The notes beneath the pieces were generated by a model that was not told the DNA's origin, ran no database searches, and saw only the letters and a program-made list of their open reading frames with translations. From an uncultured Candidatus Saccharibacteria bacterium (lineage in GTDB: Bacteria; Patescibacteriota; Minisyncoccia; Phycocordibacterales; UBA2100), in assembly GCA_964419595.1 (NCBI GenBank), contig CAYQQI010000002.1, positions 1 to 45,827 on the forward strand: DNA of 45,827 nt, in the 5' to 3' direction. The position numbers and the translations under genes were made by a program. Position 1 is the stretch's first letter. Each line of letters begins with the position of its first letter. Positions 10,150 to 19,759 of the stretch are shown one piece after another.

Positions 10150-10749
10150 ATGCGAGAACTACTTCTAGCCACTGCCAACAAGGGAAAAATACCGGGACTC
10201 CTCGAGGGTTTGAAGGGCACTCCGTTCGTCTTTAAAACACTGAATGATGTCGAAATAGCTGCGGATTTGAAGGTGGCTGAGCCGGGTACAACGTATGAAT
10301 CAAACGCACTGATAAAGGCGTTCATCTACGGAAAGCATACGAATATGCTTTCCATTGCCGATGACTCCGGACTGGAGCTTGATGCTTTCCCAGATGCGAT
10401 GGGAGTGCAAACCGCACACTACTTTCCGGGTACTCGTGAAGAGAGGGTCGCCCAACTGCTGGAAATGATGAAAGACATACCGACAGAGCGGCGTACATGC
10501 AGATACAAGGATGTGATAGCCATCTACGATCCATTGAGTGACAAAGTACGATTTGCACACGGAGTCACTGAAGGAGTGCTCGCTACAGAAGCTATCGGAG
10601 AGAGGGGATTCGGGTTTGACCAACTCTTTATTTCCAACGACTTGGGCAGGGCTTTCGGTGTTCTAACAGACGCGGAAACAGACAGTGTGAGTCACCGAGG
10701 CCGCGCACTTAAAAAAGCAAAAGAGATACTGCTTTCAGAATTTATATGA
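10150..10749 (+). CDS. rdgB: RdgB/HAM1 non-canonical purine NTP (dITP/XTP) pyrophosphatase
   Basis: 199 aa with LLLATANKGK at the N-terminus, DDSGLELDA, GFGFDQLF, and the C-terminal SHRGRAL. Confidence 0.85.
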   Translation: MRELLLATANKGKIPGLLEGLKGTPFVFKTLNDVEIAADLKVAEPGTTYESNALIKAFIYGKHTNMLSIADDSGLELDAFPDAMGVQTAHYFPGTREERVAQLLEMMKDIPTERRTCRYKDVIAIYDPLSDKVRFAHGVTEGVLATEAIGERGFGFDQLFISNDLGRAFGVLTDAETDSVSHRGRALKKAKEILLSEFI

Positions 10750-11168
10750 GTGAACCGCAGAAATACCCCCGCGTCGGGACCGCGATATGGATCGTAAAAG
10801 ACGGCAAGGTCTTACTCGGTAAACGGGAACGCGGAGATGAAGTCGGTACCTGGTGTGTACCGGGCGGAGGAATCGAACTCTACGAGGGCCCCACGGCCGG
10901 CGCCATGCGCGAAGTCGCCGAGGAGACCAAGTTGACGATTGATACTCCGAAATTAATGGCAGTAATGAACGATGTCGACAAGGAGGGCGAAAGACACTGG
11001 ATAACGATGCATTTTGTGGCCAATTGGGTGTCGGGTACCGCGAAAGATGCTCCCGGGGAGATAGGGAATTGGACCTGGTTCTCATTTGAGAAGCTCCCGG
11101 AGAATCTCTTCGGTGCGACTAGAAATTTCGCAAAAAACGGCTATAATCCTCTGAACTTCAACAAATAA
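10746..11168 (+). CDS. NUDIX hydrolase (MutT-like)
   Basis: 140 aa with the NUDIX box GGGIELYEGPTAGAMREVAEETKL. It has a 4-nt ATGA overlap with rdgB. Confidence 0.85.
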   Translation: MSEPQKYPRVGTAIWIVKDGKVLLGKRERGDEVGTWCVPGGGIELYEGPTAGAMREVAEETKLTIDTPKLMAVMNDVDKEGERHWITMHFVANWVSGTAKDAPGEIGNWTWFSFEKLPENLFGATRNFAKNGYNPLNFNK

Positions 11169-12578
<1,410 letters not shown>

Positions 12579-12586
12579 ATACGGAT

Positions 12587-12835
12587 ATGGCACAGAATTC
12601 CTTCCATCTCGTCATCGCATCGGTGGGGCAAACACTGTATGACAGCCGTGCGCAGTCAGTCGTGGTTCCCGGTACTGCAGGAGAGATGACAATTCTCCCG
12701 CATCACGAACCGATCGTTACTACACTCAACAAAGGCTCCATTTCTTTGAAGGACCAGGAAGGAGGTGTACAAAAGATCGCGATAGAAAGCGGAGTGCTCG
12801 AATGTGCGAATAACCGCGTGGTGGTGCTCCTGTAG
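12587..12835 (+). CDS. atpC: F0F1 ATP synthase subunit epsilon (N-terminal beta-sandwich only, 82 aa)
   Basis: It lies directly after atpD. It contains the GEMTILPHHEPIVTTL block. The C-terminal helical hairpin is absent. Confidence 0.8.
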   Translation: MAQNSFHLVIASVGQTLYDSRAQSVVVPGTAGEMTILPHHEPIVTTLNKGSISLKDQEGGVQKIAIESGVLECANNRVVVLL

Positions 12836-12884
12836 TCCACACGTACTCCTCCCCGAGGAGATGTAGAGAGGTACAATATTCGCA

Positions 12885-14156
12885 ATGCCGCGGATAGTTC
12901 TCTACACGGTGGTTCTCATCATTTTCTTCTCATTCGGGAGTGCATACGCCGCCAATACCATCAACTGGACCTTCTACGGTCCCGGCGCGAAAGGGAGAAT
13001 GCAGGGTCCGATGACCGCCGCCTCGAACAATCTCGAAGGCAATAATTCGATCCGAACGCTCGATGATGTGCGAACCGGAAAATCAAAATACGTAACGCTC
13101 GCATCTGCAAATTCGATGCGAGGACGTTACTACTGTATCGGAACCGTTACGTACACATCGCCGTCCGGTAATGGAGGGGACGGGAAGACACACACGATTG
13201 AAAATGTGGTGGGATATGTGCACGACACCGGATGCGCATTCAACGGTACGTGCTCGTGCGGATTCGTAGCACAATTTTGTGACGGCAAAGCGCGCCCTGA
13301 GAAAATGGATATCGCGATCGGCAATTTCACGGGCTATGAGGCGCTCGAGGCTTCTAATTACATAATAAAGAATCCGAATCGCGCACCCAAGGATTGGACG
13401 CAGCTTGCAGGTCTCCCTCAAAAATCGGCAGGTGCACAGTCCGCGGTGAACGCCTGCGGCGGGGAGATACGGGAGCAGGGAATGCCCACACAGGCTCCGT
13501 ATGTATCGCCCCCGTACACACCGCAGCCGCCCGCTACGCCTTCGACCGGGTCGTACCACAATCCGCAAACGTCACAGTCCGCTCCGCAGCCGCAGTCCTC
13601 TCCGACAGGAGGGTCGGCCGGAAGCGGCATGTCGACCGTCGGACAATCGTATACGACCCCGAGCTACGCCGGTACTCCCATGCCAACAACCGCCACGAAT
13701 ATTCCGACCCCGAACATGACACAAAGCCCTCTGCTAACGACATTGTTCCAGCAATCCAGCGCAACTTCCGGCATACGCTCGGTACAAAATACTGCACAGG
13801 CCATTGTTGATCTCTTTACCGTTCCCAATACGAACGCAGGAAGAGCTACTCAGGCGCAGATGGGGCAAAACGTTGTGTTGCCGTTTGATGTGAATGCATC
13901 AAACGTCTCGCTCATGGCGGTTTCTCAGCTTGAGGGATCTGGTCTCGTACCGCCACAGAACATTATTTCGTCAGAGGTACCGCGGCCGAATAATCCGGTG
14001 CTCGCCGCTCTTCAACAGGAAAGCACCTTTGACGCACGTACTGCAGTACAAACTCAGGCAGAATATTCGCCCGCAACAACGAACGCCTTCCTATCCATTT
14101 TGGCGTCATTCCGTACGTTGTTTGAAAGCATGATGCGACTCCTCACGCGTTCGTAG
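12885..14156 (+). CDS. Secreted protein: Cys-containing 3D/DPBB-like N-domain, P/Q/S/T-rich linker, unknown C-domain
   Basis: The signal peptide is MPRIVLYTVVLIIFFSFGSAYA. The stretch KYVTLASA...YVHDTGCAF...KMDIAIG resembles a 3D domain. A low-complexity region covers aa 200-285 (nt 13482-13739). GGTACAAT-N7-ATG precedes the start. Confidence 0.6.
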   Translation: MPRIVLYTVVLIIFFSFGSAYAANTINWTFYGPGAKGRMQGPMTAASNNLEGNNSIRTLDDVRTGKSKYVTLASANSMRGRYYCIGTVTYTSPSGNGGDGKTHTIENVVGYVHDTGCAFNGTCSCGFVAQFCDGKARPEKMDIAIGNFTGYEALEASNYIIKNPNRAPKDWTQLAGLPQKSAGAQSAVNACGGEIREQGMPTQAPYVSPPYTPQPPATPSTGSYHNPQTSQSAPQPQSSPTGGSAGSGMSTVGQSYTTPSYAGTPMPTTATNIPTPNMTQSPLLTTLFQQSSATSGIRSVQNTAQAIVDLFTVPNTNAGRATQAQMGQNVVLPFDVNASNVSLMAVSQLEGSGLVPPQNIISSEVPRPNNPVLAALQQESTFDARTAVQTQAEYSPATTNAFLSILASFRTLFESMMRLLTRS

Positions 14157-14210
14157 TCTTCTCCACATCGTAAAGTCAGATCCGAGTGCGGTAACGGTAC
14201 AATAAACACA

Positions 14211-16145
14211 ATGCGTATCGCTGCCTCTGTTCTTGCATTCTTGTTCGTTGTTGCCCCTTTCACCGCGTCTGCGGCGATTGAATCATTAGACACACTTTGT
14301 AAGGGAAGTACGGGTGACCCATCGGGTTCCGCCACATTTACAGAGGGCCAAGACGCTTCTGTCATGGACACATTTCTCAAGAAAAAGGTCCTTTGCCCCA
14401 ATGCGTGCTACAACGTAACACTTACGCTCTCTATTGAAGCGCAGAAGCTGAAGATCGTCATTTCCGCCGTCAATAAATGCACCTCACCGCAACCGGACGC
14501 GTCAAAGATCAAGAGTGTATTCACTCCGCTTGAAAAACCGAATGAGGGCCGGAATTGTGTGAGCGGTAAAGGTTTACCGTCGATCACGGCTGTAACGAAA
14601 GCACTCGACCCGAATGTTTCAGGGGTTCCGTCATTTGCCTCCGGTATGGTACCTGCGGTTTTTAGAAATCCGAAGACCGTCGGTCCGAAGTCCCGCTGCG
14701 ACCAATCTGCAAACGATGTGATCGCGGCATTCACTCAAAACGGTAACAAGGGTTTGGACGTAGGCCTGAATAAATTAGCCGGGCTCTCAGGCCCTTCTGC
14801 TGTACCGGAGGGTTCCGTCACTCCTCCGGCAACCGTCTCGGATCCCGGAGTCACTCCCACTCCCGAAAAGCCGGCGACCGGTGAACGACCAGTAGGGGAC
14901 CTTACGAGTGATAACGAGGCGCTCTCGAAATTACTACAGGAAAAGTACGGTGTTTCCGAGGAGAGGGCAAACGAGATCGTTCAGAGTGATGCCGACAGAA
15001 TTCAAGCGATTGCAATGGTGGAGAAATCAATGAGTAACGATAAAGAAGGGGCGCAGGCGATCGCGAAGTCGCTGAATCTGAACGAAGACGTGCAGAGAAA
15101 TATCGCTAATATGGAACCGCCTAAACAGTACACACCGGAAGAAGCAAAGACGGTGTATGAAGAACAGCAAAGACAGCGGGAAAGCACATTCAATGAGCAA
15201 CGTGGACAAAAATCGGAGATGGATAGAGCGAAACAGGCGATCGCCAATATTGAAAGCAGTGGGGGACGGTATGACATGCTGGGGCCCGTCACTAAAAGTG
15301 GAGACAGGGCCTACGGAAAGTATCAAGTAATGGGCAACAATGTGGGTCCCTGGACTGAGGCGGCTCTGGGGTATCGCATGACGCCTGAACAGTTCCGCGC
15401 TGACCCGGCCGCACAGGAGAAGGTGTTTGAACATCGTTTCGGAGGCTACGTAGAAAAATACGGCAGTTACGAAAACGCGGCAAAAGTATGGTTCGGAGGA
15501 CCGGGCGGACTCGCAAATCAGTATCGGAGCGACATGCTCGGCACAAGTGTCGTCAGGTACGGTGAGCGATTTACGGCGTATTTTGAGAACGGACAAGTGA
15601 TCGGCGGAGGTAGTAGATACAGCAGCTCAGCGTTCAGCGGAGTCTCCGGCGGCGGTGGCCAGTACTACAATAATTACAGCGGTAGCCCGTTCGGATACGA
15701 CAATTCCGGGTATCAGGGTAATTATCAGACCGGATATTCAACACCGACGAGCTACGGTGGATACGGGTCGGGTTCGAATTCGGGGTGGTCGCAGGTTTTC
15801 TCCTACTTCTCGGGCTCGGGCTCGCAAGCACCACCAAGTCAACCATCCAGACAAGTGTATTATCCGACGCAATCAGTTCAAGCGGTCGCATCTATCATTG
15901 CGCAACCGCAGCAGGCCTATGTGGGTAACTCGATCGTAATATCGTGGTCGAGCGTAGGTATGAGAGCGGATGCTCCGTGCAGAACATTGATGCTCACAAA
16001 GAATTCAACCACAACCATCGGAACCACGAACGAGGGCTCGCGCATAGTCACCGCCACCTCCAGCGGGCTCATGCGATTCCTCATGGAGTGCAAACCACTC
16101 TCAGGGGGAACCGTTAGGCAGGCAACCGCCGTCGGCATACAGTAG
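14211..16145 (+). CDS. Secreted lytic-transglycosylase-like (SLT/lysozyme-fold) protein with a G/S/Y-rich region and a C-terminal Ig-like domain
   Basis: The signal peptide is MRIAASVLAFLFVVAPFTASA. IESSGGRYDMLGPVTKSGDRAYGKYQV fits the ES...AxGxxQ motif of SLT-type transglycosylases. A G/S/Y-rich stretch covers aa 464-553. The C-terminal block IVISWSSVGMRADAPC is typical of an Ig-like domain. Confidence 0.65.
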   Translation: MRIAASVLAFLFVVAPFTASAAIESLDTLCKGSTGDPSGSATFTEGQDASVMDTFLKKKVLCPNACYNVTLTLSIEAQKLKIVISAVNKCTSPQPDASKIKSVFTPLEKPNEGRNCVSGKGLPSITAVTKALDPNVSGVPSFASGMVPAVFRNPKTVGPKSRCDQSANDVIAAFTQNGNKGLDVGLNKLAGLSGPSAVPEGSVTPPATVSDPGVTPTPEKPATGERPVGDLTSDNEALSKLLQEKYGVSEERANEIVQSDADRIQAIAMVEKSMSNDKEGAQAIAKSLNLNEDVQRNIANMEPPKQYTPEEAKTVYEEQQRQRESTFNEQRGQKSEMDRAKQAIANIESSGGRYDMLGPVTKSGDRAYGKYQVMGNNVGPWTEAALGYRMTPEQFRADPAAQEKVFEHRFGGYVEKYGSYENAAKVWFGGPGGLANQYRSDMLGTSVVRYGERFTAYFENGQVIGGGSRYSSSAFSGVSGGGGQYYNNYSGSPFGYDNSGYQGNYQTGYSTPTSYGGYGSGSNSGWSQVFSYFSGSGSQAPPSQPSRQVYYPTQSVQAVASIIAQPQQAYVGNSIVISWSSVGMRADAPCRTLMLTKNSTTTIGTTNEGSRIVTATSSGLMRFLMECKPLSGGTVRQATAVGIQ

Positions 16146-16150
16146 TGAGC

Positions 16151-16450
16151 ATGATATTCAAACGCACTGTAGAGGACTTTGTCTGTGAGCAATGCGGCGA
16201 GGAGGTCGTCGGAACCGGGTATACGAACCACTGTCCGAAGTGCTTGTGGAGTAAGCACGTCGATGTGCATCCGGGGGATCGTGCGGAGGCATGCGGGGGG
16301 ATGATGGAACCGGTTGCGCTCGAAGGTTCTTCGCCCGATTACGATATTGTGCATGTGTGTAAGTCGTGCGGCATGCGCCGCAAGAATCTCGCGAGTACAA
16401 GTGATGATGCGGCGGCACTCGTACTTGTGGCGAAGCGCTCTGCGCTCTGA
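16151..16450 (+). CDS. RNHCP-domain zinc-ribbon protein
   Basis: It contains FVCEQCGEEV...GYTNHCPKCLWSKHVD..PGDRAEACGGMMEP...CKSCG. A GTG at 16145, overlapping the upstream stop by 1 nt, is an alternative start. Confidence 0.7.
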   Translation: MIFKRTVEDFVCEQCGEEVVGTGYTNHCPKCLWSKHVDVHPGDRAEACGGMMEPVALEGSSPDYDIVHVCKSCGMRRKNLASTSDDAAALVLVAKRSAL

Positions 16451-16696
16451 CGCGTTGTTCACGCAAGCGTCAGATACAACATGGTACCCATTGAGAATGA
16501 GTCAAAGTAACGCATAATGAATGTATGACACTGCCCAACAACGGAGACCGGGGGATTGAAATTGAACCAACAGATATTCCGGGTCTCGACGCTGATAAAG
16601 ACGGTATTATAGAGGACGGCCTGGGTGACCCGGCTGCGCCTGAAGACGATTCAGGCGATTAATCGTTTTCGGTAAAGTACCTGCTACACTCTTTTC

Positions 16697-17287
16697 ATGC
16701 AGAAAAAAATATTTTTATTGCTGGGCCATCCCGACAAGGTGGGAATGTGCGGAGCGATAGCGGATACCTACGAAGCTGCCGCGAAAGCTGCCGGACACAC
16801 GGTGGAGCGAATGAACATAGGCGAAATGCAGTTCGACCCGCTCCTGCATCACGGGTATCGCGCAATGCAGGAATTGGAACCCGACCTCAAGCGATTCCAG
16901 GAACTAGTAACGACCTCGGACCATTTTGTAATCATCTATCCGGTGTGGTGGGTCGGGATGCCGGCCATCTTGAAAGGATTGTTCGACCGCGCATGGTTGC
17001 CCGGTTCCGCATTCCGCTATATCAAGACCAAAACGGGGAAGCGCACCATTTTCTGGCACCGACTGTTCCGCGGGAAGACCGCTCGCATTTTCATGACAAG
17101 CGGAACGCAGCCGCTCTTGGTGCGATTTTTGCCCGGCAACGTGAATGCGCAGCTTCGCTGGGGGATTCTCTGGTTCGCAGGATTTTCAGTACGAACAAAG
17201 TGGTACGGACCGGCTGAAAACATACCAGAGGACATCAAGGCAAAGTGGCTCGCCCAGGTGAGTGCTATCGGCTCCAGAGGAGAGTAA
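16697..17287 (+). CDS. Flavodoxin-fold NAD(P)H dehydrogenase (quinone), Flavodoxin_2/KefF-like
   Basis: 196 aa with KIFLLLGHPD, the DHFVIIYPVWWVGMPAILKGLFDR block, and TACACT 6 nt upstream of the ATG. Confidence 0.8.
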   Translation: MQKKIFLLLGHPDKVGMCGAIADTYEAAAKAAGHTVERMNIGEMQFDPLLHHGYRAMQELEPDLKRFQELVTTSDHFVIIYPVWWVGMPAILKGLFDRAWLPGSAFRYIKTKTGKRTIFWHRLFRGKTARIFMTSGTQPLLVRFLPGNVNAQLRWGILWFAGFSVRTKWYGPAENIPEDIKAKWLAQVSAIGSRGE

Positions 17288-17326
17288 AAATGGCATAAAG
17301 CGTTGATTTCGGATAGGATTGTCCGA

Positions 17327-18427
17327 ATGTCTCTGTCTATCGGCATAGTCGGTTTACCGAACGTGGGGAAATCCACGCTTTTTAATGCATTGACCAAGAA
17401 GGGCGTACTGATTGCAAACTACCCGTTTGCCACCATCGACCCGTCGGTCGGTGTGGTTGCGGTGCCGGATCATCGACTGTATGCACTCTCCAAGATGTCG
17501 AACTCACAAAAAACAATTCCGGCGGCCGTTGAGTTCGTCGATATTGCCGGCCTCGTAAAAGGCGCATCAGAAGGCGAGGGTTTGGGAAATCAATTCCTTA
17601 CCAATATCCGTGAGACCGACGCGATCGCGGAAGTCGTTCGCTTATTTGATGACGAAGATATTCACCATGTGGCAGGGCAGGTAGACCCGCGACACGACAT
17701 CGAGATCATCGATATGGAACTTATTCTGGCCGACTTGCAAACTGCAGAGAAGATGCTCGAGCGCGCTGAGCGTGATTCAAAGGGGAGTGACAAAGAAATT
17801 GTTGCAACACGGGACGTGCTTCGTAAGATTGTGCCCGCGCTTCAGAACGGCAAAGCCGCTCGAACCGTGACGCTCAATTCCGATGAAGTACTTGCCGCAA
17901 GGAAACTCCAGTTGCTCACGATGAAGCCGATGCTATATGTACTCAATCGAAAAGCAGGAGTTGTGAATATTGATGCCGAGAATGGTCCTCGCTGGAGAGA
18001 GCTCCAGACGTATTTAAATGAATCCGGGGCGGCACATGTGTTTGTGGATGCCGGCATAGAACACGAACTCTCTGACGTGCACGACGATGAGCGTATGGAT
18101 TTTCGACGAGAGCTCGGCGTATCAGAAGACGGGCTCGACGCGTTGATTAAAGCGGGGTATTCGTTGCTCGATTTGATTTCGTTCTTCACAACAGGAGAGA
18201 AAGAGACCCGTGCGTGGACCATCAAACGGGGGTCTACCGCGCCCGTTGCAGGTGCGGCAATACATACCGATTTTAAGGATAAATTCATCCGTGCAGAAGT
18301 TATCGCCTGGGATAAGCTACTTGAGAACGGCTCGCACTCGAAAGCAAAGGAAAAGGGACAGCTGCGCGTAGAAGGGAAGGAATACGTGGTGCAAGACGGC
18401 GACGTCATGGAGTTCCTCCACTCTTAA
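17327..18427 (+). CDS. ychF: Ribosome-binding ATPase YchF
   Basis: It begins MSLSIGIVGLPNVGKSTLFNALT and has DIAGLVKGASEGEGLGNQFL and a C-terminal TGS-like block KGQLRVEGKEYVVQDGDVMEF. I chose the start at the second Met, 7 nt after TAGGAT. Confidence 0.93.
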   Translation: MSLSIGIVGLPNVGKSTLFNALTKKGVLIANYPFATIDPSVGVVAVPDHRLYALSKMSNSQKTIPAAVEFVDIAGLVKGASEGEGLGNQFLTNIRETDAIAEVVRLFDDEDIHHVAGQVDPRHDIEIIDMELILADLQTAEKMLERAERDSKGSDKEIVATRDVLRKIVPALQNGKAARTVTLNSDEVLAARKLQLLTMKPMLYVLNRKAGVVNIDAENGPRWRELQTYLNESGAAHVFVDAGIEHELSDVHDDERMDFRRELGVSEDGLDALIKAGYSLLDLISFFTTGEKETRAWTIKRGSTAPVAGAAIHTDFKDKFIRAEVIAWDKLLENGSHSKAKEKGQLRVEGKEYVVQDGDVMEFLHS

Positions 18428-18435
18428 CAGGCTTA

Positions 18436-18489
18436 ATGCTCGAGGTTAAACCTCGAGCATCAGGAAAATGGACTGAGGTTGAACCTCGG
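18436..18489 (+). terminator. Two tandem, similar hairpins after ychF
   Basis: The first spans 18436-18460, ATGCTCGAGG-TTAAA-CCTCGAGCAT (10 bp). The second spans 18473-18489, CTGAGGT-TGA-ACCTCGG (7 bp with one G-T). They share the core GAGGTTnAACCTC. No clear T tract follows. Confidence 0.45.
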
Positions 18490-18555
18490 TACATGTAAAT
18501 AAGGCAATGGTTGCGCTTGTATGTCAATAAGGCATGCATACGTTATAGTTTCATC

Positions 18556-19521
18556 ATGAATACACACAAAGTAACCCCGAAGGACTTCTTCTTGTGGGCA
18601 GGCGCACTGGTTGGCCTGTACGGAAGCGTCACGTCGTTTATAACGCTCATATTTGCCTACATTAACCAGGCATTCCCTGATGCGCTTACCCAGGGTTACT
18701 ACAACTACGACCCGTACTCCGGTTCCATCCGCTTTGCGATGGCGAGCCTCATCGTGCTCGTACCGGTTACCATTCTGCTTTTGCAGTTGATACGCAGAGA
18801 TATTACGAAGGACCACGGTAAGGCAGACTTGTGGGTCCGCCGCTGGGCGCTGTTTTTGACACTCTTCTTGGCGGGACTTGCGATGGTGATAGACACCATT
18901 ACGCTCATCAATTACTTCTTAGGAGGTGAACTTACGACACGCTTCGTGCTCAAGGTGGTTACCATTCTCTTGGTTGCAGCTGCGGTGTTCATGCACTTCA
19001 TTGCGGATTACTGGGGCTACTGGATAAAGTTCCCGGGCCGCGCTCGCTCCGTTGGTATTGCCGTCGGGATCCTCGTTATACTCTCCATTGTTTCCGGCTT
19101 CTTTATCATCGGTTCGCCGGCGCAGGTGCGTTTGCAGCGATTCGACGGTCAGAAAGTGAGCGACCTACAGAATATTCAATGGCAGATCATCAACTACTAT
19201 CAGAGCAAGGGAGAGCTGCCCGAGTCACTCTCCGAAGTCGCAGATCCGCTCTCCGGCAACGTCGTCCCGAACGATCCGCAGTCCTCAGAAGCATACGGAT
19301 ATCGCGTTACAAGAGCGCCGTACTCCTTCGAGCTCTGCGCCACCTTCAATACCGACTCAACGGCCGATGTACCGAACCCAAGCATTGCACGACCATATGC
19401 GATGGAGATGGGCGTCGAGGGCGAGAATTGGGCGCACGCTGTCGGCGAGAAGTGCTTCAGTCGCACGATCGACCCTGAGCGATACCCGCCCTATCCGAAA
19501 GGCACTCCCACAAAGGTGTAG
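18556..19521 (+). CDS. DUF5671-type multi-pass membrane protein with a C-terminal extracellular domain
   Basis: The N-terminus MNTHKVTPKDFFLWAGALVGLYGSVTSFITLIF and about 6 TM helices are followed by GELPESLSEV..NDPQSSEAYGY. The start is at the Met 6 nt after TATAGT (18544-18549). Confidence 0.65.
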   Translation: MNTHKVTPKDFFLWAGALVGLYGSVTSFITLIFAYINQAFPDALTQGYYNYDPYSGSIRFAMASLIVLVPVTILLLQLIRRDITKDHGKADLWVRRWALFLTLFLAGLAMVIDTITLINYFLGGELTTRFVLKVVTILLVAAAVFMHFIADYWGYWIKFPGRARSVGIAVGILVILSIVSGFFIIGSPAQVRLQRFDGQKVSDLQNIQWQIINYYQSKGELPESLSEVADPLSGNVVPNDPQSSEAYGYRVTRAPYSFELCATFNTDSTADVPNPSIARPYAMEMGVEGENWAHAVGEKCFSRTIDPERYPPYPKGTPTKV

Positions 19522-19549
19522 CATACCCAATCTGCTTCGTTGCGGTTCC

Positions 19550-19599
19550 AAAGCCCGACTCTCACCGTACGTTCAGTACGACTCGAGATCGGGCTTTTC
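19550..19599 (+). terminator. Long imperfect hairpin with flanking A and T tracts
   Basis: AAAGCCCGA (19550-19558) pairs with TCGGGCTTT (19589-19597). Inner helices are TCTC/GAGA and CGTAC/GTACG. TTTT occupies 19595-19598. Confidence 0.55.
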
Positions 19600-19639
19600 C
19601 CGCGCCTCGCATCTCGGGCATTCTACGCCTTGTGGGGCT

Positions 19640-19668
19640 TTAAGTAAGAATGTGAATCATGATAGTCT
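19640..19668 (+). promoter_or_regulatory. Candidate promoter TTAAGT-N17-TAGTCT ending 7 nt before the ATG at 19676
   Basis: The hexamers and the exact 17-nt spacer are read from the sequence. TG lies one base upstream of the -10 (TGaTAGTCT). Confidence 0.4.
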
Positions 19669-19675
19669 TGTCTGA

Positions 19676-19759
19676 ATGAAGTCGTACGATCATAAGAAAA
19701 TCGAGCAAAAGTGGCCCTCCTTCGCTAAAGCTACGGACGGGCAAGCAACGAGTGTATGA
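19676..19759 (+). CDS. 27-codon upstream ORF that duplicates the leuS N-terminus (MKSYDHKKIEQKWPSFAKATDGQATSV)
   Basis: Codons 1-13 match leuS codons 1-13 at 12 of 13 residues. Its TGA stop overlaps the leuS ATG (ATGA at 19756-19759). Confidence 0.35.
   Translation: MKSYDHKKIEQKWPSFAKATDGQATSV

Noticed and set aside
16525-16662. 45-codon highly acidic ORF (MTLPNNGDRGIEIEPTDIPGLDADKDGIIEDGLGDPAAPEDDSGD) in the gap between the RNHCP and oxidoreductase genes
   Set aside because: It has no promoter-like -10 at the usual 6-10 nt distance, no SD and no recognisable family. It may be real but is unsupported. A 7-bp hairpin at 16447-16473 overlapping the RNHCP stop is likewise too weak to call a terminator.
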